Shown here: piece after piece, positions 1-10,201 of the stretch
How the letters are laid out: the number at the start of each line of letters is the position of its first letter
Numbering within the stretch: position 1 is the stretch's first letter
Sequence record: SRR22947725_808
Direction: 5' to 3' (one strand)
Length of the DNA: 32,092 nucleotides
Position numbers and translations under genes: made by a program
Notes under the pieces: generated by a model
Database searches by the model: none
The model's input: the letters and a program-made list of their open reading frames with translations, nothing else
What the model was told of the DNA's origin: nothing

Positions 1-2170
1 TGGAGACAGTCCAGCTGCAATGAGATATACAGAAGCTAGAATGCAAAAAATTTCTGAGGAAATGGTTGCAGATTTAGATAAAGATACCGTAGATCATCAG
101 TTAAATTATGATGATTCTATAATGGAGCCCACCGTTCTACCTACCAAAATACCTGGATTACTAATAAATGGAGCTAGTGGAATTGCTGTTGGAATGGCTA
201 CAAACATGCCTCCACACAATATTACTGAAGTTATTGATGGAACAATTGCTTACATTGAAAACAATGACATAACCACAGATGAACTTATCCAATTTGTTAA
301 AGCACCTGATTTTCCGACAGGAGGAATAATATATGGCTACGAAGGAGTTAGACAAGCATTTGAAACTGGAAGAGGTCGTATAGTTATGCGAGCTAAGGCT
401 GAGATCGAGGAGGTAAACGGAAGAGAATGTATTATTGTTACTGAAATTCCTTATCAAGTTAATAAAGCAGAAATGATCAGAAAAACTGCTGAAATGGTTA
501 ATGATAAAAAAATTGAAGGTATTTCAACAATAAGAGACGAATCTGACAGGCAAGGAATGCGTATTGTTTATGTACTAAAAAGAGATGCTGTTCCAAATGT
601 TATTTTAAATACTCTTTTTAAACACACCCAACTTCAATCATCATTTAGTGTAAATAACATTGCTTTAGTTAAAGGTCGTCCTCAAATGTTGAACCTAAAG
701 CAGATGATAGGATATTTTGTAGAACATAGACATGATGTTGTAGTTAGAAGAACAAAGTTTGAATTAAAAAAAGCCGAAGAAAGAGCTCATATTTTAGAAG
801 GTTTAATTATTGCTTCTGATAATATTGATAAAGTTATTTCACTTATTAGATCATCCTCTAATGCCGATGAAGCAAAATCTAAATTAATTAAAGAATTTAA
901 ATTATCAGAAATTCAATCAAAAGCTATTGTTGAAATGCGCTTGAGACAATTAACTGGTCTAGAACAAGACAAGTTAAGGGGTGAATTTGATGACTTGATG
1001 AACACTATTAAAGATTTAAAAGATATTCTTGGAAGTGAGGAAAGAAGAATGATAATAATAAAAGATGAACTTGTAGATATTAAAGAAAAGTACGGTGATG
1101 AAAGAAGATCTCAAATTGAATATGCTGGTGGTGATCTTAGTATGGAAGATATGATTCCTAATGAAAAAGTAGTAATTACAATTTCAAATGCAGGCTACAT
1201 TAAAAGAACGCCTTTGGTTGAATATAAAACACAAAATAGAGGTGGTGTTGGTCAAAGAGGTTCTACAACTAGAAATGAAGATTTTTTAGAGCATTTGTTT
1301 GTTGGCACTAATCATCAATATATGTTGTTTTTTACTCAAAAAGGAAAATGTTTTTGGATGAGAGTTTTTGAAATTCCAGAAGGAAGTAAAACCTCTAAAG
1401 GAAGAGCCATGCAAAATCTCATAAATATTGAACAAGACGACGAGGTCAAAGCTTTTATTTGCACTCAAGATCTAAAAGATGAAGATTATATAAATAGTCA
1501 TTATGTCATAATGGCAACTAAAAAAGGTCAGGTAAAGAAAACATCTTTAGAACAATATTCTAGACCTAGATCAAATGGAATTAATGCAATTACCATTAAA
1601 GATGACGATGAGCTTTTAGAAGCTAAATTAACTACCGGTAATTCACAAGTTTTAATAGCAGTCAAATCTGGAAAATGTATTCGTTTTGAAGAAAGTAAAA
1701 CTCGCCCAATGGGTAGAAATGCATCTGGTGTAAGAGGAATCAGATTAAAAGATTCAAAAGATGAAGTAGTGGGCATGATTTCTGTTAATGATTTAGATAG
1801 TGATATTTTAGTAGTTTCTGCAAATGGTTATGGTAAAAGATCTAGTTTAGATGACTACCGAATTACCAATAGAGGAGGGAAAGGTGTTAAAACCATATCT
1901 ATCACTGAAAAAACAGGAGAATTAGTTACAATTAAAAATGTTACGGATAATGATGATTTGATGATTATTAACAAATCAGGTATTGCAATAAGAATGGAGG
2001 TTTCTTCCTTAAGAGTAATGGGTAGAGCTACTCAAGGGGTTAAACTTATTAACCTTAAAGATTCTGATTCAATAGCTGCAGTTGCAAAAGTTGTTCATGA
2101 TGATGATGACATTTCTGATGTAGACGAGATAGATGTTGTTGAAGAAAATAACGATAACGATTTAAATTAA
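1..2170 (+). CDS. gyrA: DNA gyrase subunit A (5'-truncated by window edge)
   Basis: Frame is open from the edge ([14 protein letters not shown], catalytic Tyr at 26-28), so ATG at 20 is internal. GIAVGMATN motif, GyrA-box QNRGGVG, six-blade C-terminal pinwheel repeats ([27 protein letters not shown]), acidic tail. Confidence 0.98.
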   Translation, partial: GDSPAAMRYTEARMQKISEEMVADLDKDTVDHQLNYDDSIMEPTVLPTKIPGLLINGASGIAVGMATNMPPHNITEVIDGTIAYIENNDITTDELIQFVKAPDFPTGGIIYGYEGVRQAFETGRGRIVMRAKAEIEEVNGRECIIVTEIPYQVNKAEMIRKTAEMVNDKKIEGISTIRDESDRQGMRIVYVLKRDAVPNVILNTLFKHTQLQSSFSVNNIALVKGRPQMLNLKQMIGYFVEHRHDVVVRRTKFELKKAEERAHILEGLIIASDNIDKVISLIRSSSNADEAKSKLIKEFKLSEIQSKAIVEMRLRQLTGLEQDKLRGEFDDLMNTIKDLKDILGSEERRMIIIKDELVDIKEKYGDERRSQIEYAGGDLSMEDMIPNEKVVITISNAGYIKRTPLVEYKTQNRGGVGQRGSTTRNEDFLEHLFVGTNHQYMLFFTQKGKCFWMRVFEIPEGSKTSKGRAMQNLINIEQDDEVKAFICTQDLKDEDYINSHYVIMATKKGQVKKTSLEQYSRPRSNGINAITIKDDDELLEAKLTTGNSQVLIAVKSGKCIRFEESKTRPMGRNASGVRGIRLKDSKDEVVGMISVNDLDSDILVVSANGYGKRSSLDDYRITNRGGKGVKTISITEKTGELVTIKNVTDNDDLMIINKSGIAIRMEVSSLRVMGRATQGVKLINLKDSDSIAAVAKVVHDDDDISDVDEIDVVEENNDNDLN

Positions 2171-2176
2171 TTTAAA

Positions 2177-3442
2177 ATGAAAAATATATTATTCACATTA
2201 TTACTTACTATTTCTTTTTTTACATACGGACAAAAAAAAGAATTAAAACAAGCTCAAAAATTAATTGATCAGGAATTTTACAACGAGGCTTTAGATGTTT
2301 TACAAAATAATAAAGAATTGATATTATCTTCAGATATTAAATATCAAGCTCACTATTATTATTTAAATGGATGGGCACTTAAAGAAGATTCTAAATCTTT
2401 GAAAGCTGTTGAATCGTTAAGAAAATCAATCGAACTAGAAAGATCTATTAGACAAAAAAAATATATTGAAGATGCTAATATTTTAATTCAAAATGCTGAA
2501 GCAGAATTAGTTAATTCAGCAGTAGAAGATAATAAAAATGATAAATTTTTAGAAGCATCAGAAAAATTATACGATGCATATTTAATGAATCCCGACAAAG
2601 AAGAGAATATAACATATTTATATTACTCTGCTTCAAGTGCTGTTAATTCAAAGGAATATGACAAAGCGTTAGAACATTATTTGAAGTTAAAAAACATGGG
2701 TTATACAGGTGTTGTTTCTGAATATTTTGTAACGTCAGTTGAAACTGGGGTTGAAGAAAAAGTTAGCGAAACAGAATATAATTTATTTAAAACCTCTGAT
2801 GAATTCTCTAATCAAAGAATTGGTAAAACAGAATCTAGATTACCTGAAATAGTTAAAAATATAGCTCTTATTTATGTACAAAAAGGAGAAAATGATTTGG
2901 CTATTTCAGCCATAAAAGAAGCAAGAGCCATCAATCCAAATGATGTTAATCTAATTCTATCAGAAGCTGATTTATATATCAAAATTGGTGACAAGAATAA
3001 ATTTAAGGAACTAATGCAACAAGCAGTTGAAAAAGATCCAAATAATGCAATTTTGTATTATAACTTAGGTGTTATCAATGGAGAACAAGGTGAATTTAAA
3101 GTAGCGAAGGATTATTATTTAAAAGCTTTAGAGTTAGATAACACATATACTGCAACGTATCTAAATTTAGTTGGATTGATACTAGAGGGAGAAGGCCCTA
3201 TAGTTGAAGAAATGAATAAGTTAGTCACATCTAGAAAAAGAAGTGATTTAGATAAATACGATCAACTTGAAGAACAACGAATAGGTCTATATAAAGAATG
3301 TTTACCTTATTTAGAAAAATTAATTGAAATAGATCCTACTAATATTGAAGCTCTTAAAACCGCTAAAAATATTTATTACACAACAGATGATCTTGATAAT
3401 TTTAAACTAATGAATGTTAAATTACAGGAATTAGAAAATTAA
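2177..3442 (+). CDS. Exported tetratricopeptide repeat protein
   Basis: Signal peptide (MKNILF...TYG|Q), helical TPR repeats (DPNNAILYYNLGV...AKDYYLKALELD), 6 bp downstream of gyrA. Confidence 0.88.
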   Translation: MKNILFTLLLTISFFTYGQKKELKQAQKLIDQEFYNEALDVLQNNKELILSSDIKYQAHYYYLNGWALKEDSKSLKAVESLRKSIELERSIRQKKYIEDANILIQNAEAELVNSAVEDNKNDKFLEASEKLYDAYLMNPDKEENITYLYYSASSAVNSKEYDKALEHYLKLKNMGYTGVVSEYFVTSVETGVEEKVSETEYNLFKTSDEFSNQRIGKTESRLPEIVKNIALIYVQKGENDLAISAIKEARAINPNDVNLILSEADLYIKIGDKNKFKELMQQAVEKDPNNAILYYNLGVINGEQGEFKVAKDYYLKALELDNTYTATYLNLVGLILEGEGPIVEEMNKLVTSRKRSDLDKYDQLEEQRIGLYKECLPYLEKLIEIDPTNIEALKTAKNIYYTTDDLDNFKLMNVKLQELEN

Positions 3443-4158
3443 TAGGTTACTATTTTTTTTAAATGATGTGTTAAAATATTGGAATCTGAATTTATTATTC
3501 CTTTTTCATTTATATAATCAATTCTAACTGATCCAAATGCGTGTATTATTTTATTTTTGTTTATTAATATGCCAACATGTGTAACTTTTTTTTCCCCAAA
3601 AAAAGCTAAATCTCCTGGTTTTGAATTTTTTAGTTTTATTTCTTTTCCTTGTTCAGCTTGTTGATTTGCATCTCTTAATAATTGATATCCATCTAATCTG
3701 TAAACTTGTTGGGTGAAACCTGAACAATCAATACCAAAAGGAGTTCTTCCTCCCCACAAATAAGGAGAATTCAAAAATTTCATTGAATTTTCAATAATTG
3801 AATTTTTATAATTTGTTTTTAATTTTAATTTATGATTTAGAATAAATGATGAACTAATTTTACTACCTATTGTAATTGACATTTTACCTCTCCCTGTTTC
3901 AACCTCAGATAATATTTTGTTCAGTATTACAGGTTCTGTTTTTTTTAATGTTTTAAAATCGAATTCAGATATTTCTTTAAATTGTGAATGATTAATCCAT
4001 CCTTTATAATTATCATCAATAGATTCAATATAAAACCACTTTGCATTGTTTTGTATTACTTTAAAGAACTCTCCGTATATTAATTGAGAAACTAACTCTG
4101 ATTTACTAGTTGAATCTATTCTAACAGGAATTACGCTTAAATGACAAATACCGTACAT
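3439..4158 (-). CDS. NlpC/P60 (C40) peptidoglycan endopeptidase with N-terminal SH3-like domain (dipeptidyl-peptidase VI type)
   Basis: PYLWGGRTPFGIDCSGF catalytic Cys motif, HVG and HA His residues. Start placed at ATG 4158 (MYGICHLSVIPVR) rather than 4194. Confidence 0.92.
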   Translation of the reverse strand: MYGICHLSVIPVRIDSTSKSELVSQLIYGEFFKVIQNNAKWFYIESIDDNYKGWINHSQFKEISEFDFKTLKKTEPVILNKILSEVETGRGKMSITIGSKISSSFILNHKLKLKTNYKNSIIENSMKFLNSPYLWGGRTPFGIDCSGFTQQVYRLDGYQLLRDANQQAEQGKEIKLKNSKPGDLAFFGEKKVTHVGILINKNKIIHAFGSVRIDYINEKGIINSDSNILTHHLKKIVTY

Positions 4159-4210
4159 ATTCAATAAAATTAATTTTTTAAAATAATAAAACAATTAAAA
4201 TTTCAATTTT

Positions 4211-4218
4211 TATATTTG
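4211..4218 (+). promoter_or_regulatory. Bacteroidota sigma-70 -7 box (TATATTTG) for the MBL/rhodanese genes
   Basis: Exact TAnnTTTG match 15 bp upstream of ATG 4234. Confidence 0.6.
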
Positions 4219-4233
4219 GGTAATATTTAAATT

Positions 4234-5619
4234 ATGATTGTAAAACAGATTTACACAGGTTGTCTATTTCAAGGTGCTTATTATATTGAAAGTAATGGTG
4301 AAGCGGCAGTTATTGATCCTTTAAGAGAAGTTTCCGAATACTTAAACTTAGCAAAATCTTCAAATTCAAAAATCAAGTATATTTTTGAAACACATTTCCA
4401 TGCAGATTTTATAAGTGGCCATTTAACTTTATCTAAAAAAACAAACTCTCCAATAATATTTGGCCCAAAAGCCAATCCATCCTTTGAAAGTATTATTGCG
4501 TATGATGAACAAGTTTTTAAAATTGGAGATGTTTCAATTACAGTAGTACATACACCTGGCCACACTTTAGAAAGTACATGTTATTTATTAAAAGATGAAA
4601 ATGATATTCCATATTGTTTATTTACAGGTGATACTCTTTTTCTTGGTGATGTTGGTAGACCTGATTTAGCACAAAAATCTTTAAGTATTTCTAAAGAGGA
4701 CTTGGCAGGTATTTTATACGATTCTATTCAAAATAAAATTTCAGTTTTACCAAATGATATATTGATTTATCCTGCACACGGAGCTGGATCTGCTTGTGGA
4801 AAAAATATGATGAAAGAAACTGTTGATACATTAGGAAATCAAAAAATTGTTAATTATGCATTAAATGGTTCTTTAAATAAAAATGAATTTATTAAAGAAC
4901 TTACAAAAGATCTTCCTAACCCACCTGTTTATTTTCCATCTAATGTAAAATTAAATCAAGAGGGATACGATGATTTTGAACTGGTATTAAAAAACAGTAA
5001 TAATCCTTTGACTGTTGAAAGATTTAAGGATTTAATGAATTTAAAAAATGTTATAGTTTTAGATGTTAGACATCAAAATGAATTTAGACAAGGATTTATT
5101 CCAGGATCAATTTTTATAGGATTAAAAGGAAGTTTTGCCCCTTGGGCAGGATCTATTATTAAAGATCTCAGCACTAAGATATTATTGGTTTGTGATAATG
5201 GTTTTGAAGAAGAGGCTATTTTAAGATTGTCAAGAGTTGGATTTGATAATTGTTTAGGGTACTTAGATGGTGGAATATCTTCATGGACAAGTGGTAATAA
5301 TATTGATATAGTCGAATCTATATCTGCCGATGATCTAAGTAAAATAATTGATAGTGTCAATCTTATAGACGTTAGAAAAAGCGGTGAGAGATCAAATGGT
5401 TATTTATTAAATTCAAAACATATTTCTCTAGATGATTTTCAAGAGAAAATTAATGAAATTGACTCAAATAATAGCAACTATGTTCATTGTGCAGGTGGTT
5501 ATAGAAGTATGATAGCATGTTCAATTTTAAAAAGAAATGGCTATGATTCAGTAATTGATGTTAACGGAGGGTTTTCCTCAATAAGAAATTCAAATTTTAA
5601 AATAATTAATAATGTATAA
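4234..5619 (+). CDS. MBL-fold metallo-hydrolase fused to two rhodanese domains (persulfide dioxygenase/sulfurtransferase-like)
   Basis: ETHFHADFISGH, HTPGHT, FTGDTLF..DVGRPDL, PAHGAGSACG. Rhodanese DVR motifs and active-site HCAGGYRS. Confidence 0.9.
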   Translation: MIVKQIYTGCLFQGAYYIESNGEAAVIDPLREVSEYLNLAKSSNSKIKYIFETHFHADFISGHLTLSKKTNSPIIFGPKANPSFESIIAYDEQVFKIGDVSITVVHTPGHTLESTCYLLKDENDIPYCLFTGDTLFLGDVGRPDLAQKSLSISKEDLAGILYDSIQNKISVLPNDILIYPAHGAGSACGKNMMKETVDTLGNQKIVNYALNGSLNKNEFIKELTKDLPNPPVYFPSNVKLNQEGYDDFELVLKNSNNPLTVERFKDLMNLKNVIVLDVRHQNEFRQGFIPGSIFIGLKGSFAPWAGSIIKDLSTKILLVCDNGFEEEAILRLSRVGFDNCLGYLDGGISSWTSGNNIDIVESISADDLSKIIDSVNLIDVRKSGERSNGYLLNSKHISLDDFQEKINEIDSNNSNYVHCAGGYRSMIACSILKRNGYDSVIDVNGGFSSIRNSNFKIINNV

Positions 5620-5983
5620 ATATTTTTTTCTCCTGCTTTTTCCAGTTTTAGTTTTATCTCAAGAAAACAAGTCAGTTTACGAAGTTTTAAGTTATGACGA
5701 TTTTAAAAACCAAACTAGTAACAATAAAACCCTTTTGTTTGATATTAGAACAATGGAGGAGTTTAATTCTGGTCATTTAAAAGGCTCAGTCAATATTGAT
5801 TTCTATGAAGAAGAATTATTCGATAAATTTTTTAATAAAGTTGATAAATCTAAACCTATATATATATACTGTAGATCTGGAAATCGTAGTAAGAAATCTT
5901 CTATAAAATTAAAAAAATTAGGTTTTGTTAAAATCTATGATTTAGAAGGTGGATATAAAAATTGGATAAAAAAAAGTAACTAG
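5612..5983 (+). CDS. Exported single-domain rhodanese-like protein
   Basis: Signal peptide (..VLS|QE), DIRT..EF..GHL.G, YCRSGNRS, LEGGY..W. Confidence 0.9.
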   Translation: MYKYFFLLLFPVLVLSQENKSVYEVLSYDDFKNQTSNNKTLLFDIRTMEEFNSGHLKGSVNIDFYEEELFDKFFNKVDKSKPIYIYCRSGNRSKKSSIKLKKLGFVKIYDLEGGYKNWIKKSN

Positions 5984-6597
5984 TTTTTTGTTGCTGAAAT
6001 AATTAATGTTCCTCTCCATTGATTTTTTTCACCCTCTCTCCAGCTTTCGATGTTTTTAAATCCAGCTTTATTTACAATACTTTCCCATTCCTTGATTGTT
6101 AGTAATGTCATAGTGTCTACATTAGTTTTTTCAGGCCAGTTGTGAGAAGTTGTGTTCTCATAATAAAAATCAATTCCCATTATAAACTTTCCATTCTCAT
6201 TTAACCAGTTATCATAAATATTTTTTAATACGACTAAAGGATCTTTAAAGTAATAAAAAACTTCCATTGAATGAACTACGTCTTTTTTTTGTTTAGGCTT
6301 CCAAATAGAAATTTCGGCACATTCATATTTACTTATTTTATCTAACATTTTAGCTTTTTCAATCATCTTTAGAGATCCGTCTACACCAACTGCACTAAAA
6401 CAAGAATCCATTTGTGAAACCATCCTTACTACCCATCCATTTCCACATCCTGCATCAATAAATGTAAAGTCATCAAGATTTTTTAAAATCTTATTAAGCA
6501 TTGCGTTTACAGATTCAGAATGATTTTTTTCCATACCATCGTCTTTTCCAAGGTCCACCCAGTCAGAAAAGATTTCAATTGGAGATTTTTTTATCAT
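5980..6597 (-). CDS. Class I SAM-dependent methyltransferase
   Basis: IDAGCGNGW motif I, GVDGS motif II, SMEVFYY. Start moved to ATG 6597, which forms an ATGA overlap with the upstream stop. Confidence 0.88.
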   Translation of the reverse strand: MIKKSPIEIFSDWVDLGKDDGMEKNHSESVNAMLNKILKNLDDFTFIDAGCGNGWVVRMVSQMDSCFSAVGVDGSLKMIEKAKMLDKISKYECAEISIWKPKQKKDVVHSMEVFYYFKDPLVVLKNIYDNWLNENGKFIMGIDFYYENTTSHNWPEKTNVDTMTLLTIKEWESIVNKAGFKNIESWREGEKNQWRGTLIISATKN

Positions 6598-7307
6598 AAT
6601 TTTTTTCTTGTAAATATTAAATAAGTCAAGTAAAATAGTATTATAATTATTATTTCCCAGTTTACTATGTAATAGGGCCAATCTCCAAAAACTAAAGGGT
6701 TTTTAATGTTTGGAGCTTCATGCAAATACATATAATTTGCTCCATTTCCAATTAAAAAATTTAATGGTAAAATAAAGATCATTAAAATGTTTAAAATTCC
6801 AAAAGTTCTTAGCCAAGAATATTTTGACAGTTTGTAATCTAAGTTATAAAACATAAAAAGTGGCACTAACATTATTATTCCATGACTTGAGTAATAGCTC
6901 AAATACATAAACCATCCACCATCATAATAGTTTAACTGTGGTGTTAATATTGAGATTAATCCTCCTAAGAAACCGCAATAAAAAAGAAACTCAAATATTT
7001 TTTTATTTATTGGGCTAAATAGTATAAGAATTACAATAAGATTAGATAATGAACATAAATGAAGAGGGAGATCTTCTTCAATTCTCCAATTACCATTTAA
7101 AACATCAATTATATGATCATATCCGGTTGATATAAATGCAATTATACAGATTATTTTGAGCAGTAAAAGATTTTTAGATTTATTTAAATTTCTACCCAAA
7201 ATCAATATAGATATAAAAAGAAATATTGTTATAGTTATATTACGTATTCCCTCATATGAATCAATATCTATAACATAATGTGGGTTTTGTATAAAATCTA
7301 AAATCAT
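6594..7307 (-). CDS. TMEM164/YwaF-family integral membrane protein
   Basis: Multiple hydrophobic helices with LPLHLCS, ILTP, SHG, GANYMYL..P and WPYY signatures. Confidence 0.8.
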   Translation of the reverse strand: MILDFIQNPHYVIDIDSYEGIRNITITIFLFISILILGRNLNKSKNLLLLKIICIIAFISTGYDHIIDVLNGNWRIEEDLPLHLCSLSNLIVILILFSPINKKIFEFLFYCGFLGGLISILTPQLNYYDGGWFMYLSYYSSHGIIMLVPLFMFYNLDYKLSKYSWLRTFGILNILMIFILPLNFLIGNGANYMYLHEAPNIKNPLVFGDWPYYIVNWEIIIIILFYLTYLIFTRKKL

Positions 7308-7331
7308 TACATGAAGTTAGTAAAAAAAAAA

Positions 7332-8156
7332 CTAGATTTTTAATTTCAATAATCTAGCATATTTTGAACTGCTTTCATCTTCAGATGAAATCCAAAATGT
7401 ATTTTTATTAATTATCTTGACTGCTTCGACCTGTGTTTTTCCAATAGGAATTTCATAAGTTTCGATTTGATGCCTTTTATTTTTTAATGAGAAATCTTTA
7501 ATAAGAATCAAGTAGTATTTCTTAAAATTAATAGTTGAAGTTAGGGCAAGCAATTTTAATTTATTATTGTAATCAGATCCAGTAACAATTGATTTGACAT
7601 CAATTGATGAAATTATTTTTGCCTCATAATTTCCGCTAGTTTTTGGAAGGGAATAAACCTCAGTAATTTTTTTTAGTTTATTTTTTGTGAAAATTATTAG
7701 ATCATCATTGATAGAAACAATTCCTTCAGCATCATACTGTGATTTACTATATATGGTATTAAACTTTTTCTGTTCTGGATATAAAAAGTTTATTACTTCA
7801 ACTGTTTCATTTAAAGACTTTTTAATTGGTATTTTAATTATTGATAAATTTTTTCTAGTGTCAAAATTGTTACCCATATTGGCAACATAAATAAACTCAT
7901 CATCTCTTGTAACATCTTCCCAATCATTGTTTTTAACACCCGTAATTTTTCGAGTATCAACTATTTTTCCTTCTTTATCTAAATAATATAACGCTGGCTC
8001 ACCTCCTGAGTCATTATGGGTAATCAACATATTGTCAATAATTTCTAAACCTGACGTTTCCTCAATAGTTTTTGAAAGAGGATGATCTTCTAAAATTTGT
8101 TGAGAACTTAATGTTTGAATTTGAACTAATAGAATTAAAATAAATATGTACTTCAT
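7332..8156 (-). CDS. Exported hypothetical protein, probable beta-propeller with conserved acidic motifs
   Basis: Signal peptide (..SS|QQ). Repeating ETSGL / THNDSGG / DWEDV / MGNN / DAEG / TGSD / QVEAV motifs. Confidence 0.7.
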   Translation of the reverse strand: MKYIFILILLVQIQTLSSQQILEDHPLSKTIEETSGLEIIDNMLITHNDSGGEPALYYLDKEGKIVDTRKITGVKNNDWEDVTRDDEFIYVANMGNNFDTRKNLSIIKIPIKKSLNETVEVINFLYPEQKKFNTIYSKSQYDAEGIVSINDDLIIFTKNKLKKITEVYSLPKTSGNYEAKIISSIDVKSIVTGSDYNNKLKLLALTSTINFKKYYLILIKDFSLKNKRHQIETYEIPIGKTQVEAVKIINKNTFWISSEDESSSKYARLLKLKI

Positions 8157-8178
8157 TATTTAATAATTATAACAGATA

Positions 8179-8856
8179 TTAATTTAGAATAAATTGGTCT
8201 TTAAATTTGTCAAATAATACTTTTAGATCTTTTGAATCCCTAATATTAATTTTATTCGACTTTATAAATGATTTAACTTTTTTCTGAACTGATTTACTAA
8301 ATAATGCTATTATAGCATTTTTATTAGATTTTATCTGACTTATTTTATTATTTATTACAACGTTAAGCATGTTTGCTTTTCTATACCTTAAGTTAGGTTT
8401 GTCTTCAATTCCAGGCTGATATTTTGGTTGAATTGCTTCAACAAAATGAGATTTTAAAATTGAAAATTTGTCATTTTTGGTAATTAACTCATAGAATTTA
8501 GAATTAAAAACAATAAACCTGTGATTCGCAAAAACAACTGACTGAGCTTTGTCTGTACTTAATGTATAAAAGTCTTCACCACTTTTAAATTCAAAATTAT
8601 CTTTTCTAATATTATAATTTACTTTAATTCTAAGAGCTCTTTCAGAATTATACAGTTTAATGTTAGCATCACTTGGTGTTTTAAAAAAATAATAAGAACC
8701 GTCAATTTCTCCTGAACTTTCGATTTTCTCAATATTAACTTCATTAATTATATTTTGTAGTAGTGCTATTGAATTTGTGACATTTCCTTGAGAGTTTTGA
8801 CCAATTAAAAAATTAAGAGGAAATATTAATAATAATATTATAATTTTACTTTTCAT
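8179..8856 (-). CDS. Exported hypothetical protein
   Basis: 225-aa ORF filling the gap, signal peptide (..LIG|Q), no recognisable catalytic motif. Confidence 0.7.
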   Translation of the reverse strand: MKSKIIILLLIFPLNFLIGQNSQGNVTNSIALLQNIINEVNIEKIESSGEIDGSYYFFKTPSDANIKLYNSERALRIKVNYNIRKDNFEFKSGEDFYTLSTDKAQSVVFANHRFIVFNSKFYELITKNDKFSILKSHFVEAIQPKYQPGIEDKPNLRYRKANMLNVVINNKISQIKSNKNAIIALFSKSVQKKVKSFIKSNKINIRDSKDLKVLFDKFKDQFILN

Positions 8857-8890
8857 TCAGCCAAGATAATAAAACTCATCTATTAATTAC

Positions 8891-10201
8891 ATGTTAAAAA
8901 ATAATTTCGTTTTCTCATTTTTCATTTCAATTTTTCTTATGTCATGCGTTGACTCTAAAATTAATAGTAAAGATTTTTTTGAAATTGATAGACAGGATTA
9001 CTTAAATAAGCTTGAAGGCTTTTGGCTTGGTCAATCAATTGCTAATTGGACTGGTTTGATTACTGAAATGGATAAGATTGGAAACGTAGGTGAAATCAAA
9101 ACTGGAAATTTTTATACAAGGGAAAACTGGAATAAAAATGATGAACCAAATATATGGTCACCAAATAGTGAATATGAAACTATTGATTTTGTTTTAAGAA
9201 ATAAAAATGAAATTTGGGGATCGGATGATGATACTGATATTGAATACATGTATCAAGAGTTGATGTTCCAAGGTAATGAAACTATATTAAGTCCTGAGGA
9301 CATCAGAAATGGTTGGCTTAAACATATCAAAATTGAAGAAGAAAATTTTCTATGGGTTTCTAATCAAAAGGCTTTTGATTTAATGAATCAAGGATTTCTA
9401 CCACCCGAAACTAGCAACCCCGAGTTTAATGAGCATTTTGATATGATAGATGCTCAGCTCACTACAGAAATTTTTGGACTATTATCTCCCATAAACTATA
9501 TATATGCTCTAAAGATGTCTAATCTTCCAGTTAGAACAACTAGTAGGGGAGATGCTGCATTAATTTCAGAGTTTTATATTATAATTCATTCTTTAGCCTC
9601 TACCATTAATCCAAACATGCCCTTACACAAAGAACTTGTTAGAATTTCTGATCTGGCAAGTGAAATATTGAATAAAGATTCATATTCATATAAAATGTAT
9701 GACTATGTGAAAAAAAAATTTGAATCAGGTATTAAATGGGAGTATACTAGGGATTCTATATATAATAGATACCAAGTTAAACAAATGGACGGTTATGATA
9801 TAACCTCTAGAGAGTTGTATTGTAATGGTTGTTTTGCATCTGGAATCAATTTTGCATCGAGTTTAGTAAGCTATTTTTATGGAAAAGGTGATTTCAAAGA
9901 AACTATAAAAATTGCTTCACTTTCTGGTTGGGATTCTGATAATCCAGCATCTACTTGGGGAGGGTTACTTGGATTTATACATGGAAAAACTAAAATTGAA
10001 AATATTTTCAATGAACCACTTTCAAATAAATATAACATACACAGAACACGTCAAAATTTTGAAAATAACGGTCTAGATAATTTTAAAAATATGTCAAAAA
10101 AGGGATTGTCTATTATAGATAATGTAGTCTTAAAAACAGGGGGGAGTGTAGACTCAGATGAAAATTCTTGGTATATACCAAAACAGAAATCTTTAAACTA
10201 A
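8891..10201 (+). CDS. ADP-ribosylglycohydrolase-family lipoprotein
   Basis: Lipobox FLMS-C. KLEGFWLGQSIANWTG first helix, acidic SDDDTD and GWDSDNPASTWGGLLG motifs typical of the ARH/DraG fold. Confidence 0.8.
   Translation: MLKNNFVFSFFISIFLMSCVDSKINSKDFFEIDRQDYLNKLEGFWLGQSIANWTGLITEMDKIGNVGEIKTGNFYTRENWNKNDEPNIWSPNSEYETIDFVLRNKNEIWGSDDDTDIEYMYQELMFQGNETILSPEDIRNGWLKHIKIEEENFLWVSNQKAFDLMNQGFLPPETSNPEFNEHFDMIDAQLTTEIFGLLSPINYIYALKMSNLPVRTTSRGDAALISEFYIIIHSLASTINPNMPLHKELVRISDLASEILNKDSYSYKMYDYVKKKFESGIKWEYTRDSIYNRYQVKQMDGYDITSRELYCNGCFASGINFASSLVSYFYGKGDFKETIKIASLSGWDSDNPASTWGGLLGFIHGKTKIENIFNEPLSNKYNIHRTRQNFENNGLDNFKNMSKKGLSIIDNVVLKTGGSVDSDENSWYIPKQKSLN

Noticed and set aside
1..2170. parC rather than gyrA; quinolone-resistance substitutions; intein
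   Set aside because: The GyrA-box and full CTD indicate gyrA. The QRDR lies upstream of the window, and no insertion follows the catalytic Tyr.
4159..4194. Longer N-terminus for the NlpC/P60 ORF (and likewise 6598-6681 for the methyltransferase)
   Set aside because: The extensions are low-complexity or overlap the upstream gene. Internal ATGs at 4158 and 6597 fit the family start and translational coupling better.
7261..7353. Alternative minus-strand frame reading IIEIKNLVFFLLTSCND... (lipoprotein-signal-like) across an A10 tract (7322-7331), plus an ATG-TAA-TG start/stop overlapping the 7307 start
   Set aside because: No ATG/GTG/TTG start, only 30 codons, and it overlaps two real genes. 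T-rich DNA easily mimics signal peptides. Neither flanking gene appears frameshifted, so phase variation is unsupported.
8891..10201. ADP-ribosylglycohydrolase as a toxin-antitoxin or anti-phage component
   Set aside because: No adjacent ADP-ribosyltransferase, macrodomain or defence genes, and the protein is a predicted lipoprotein.
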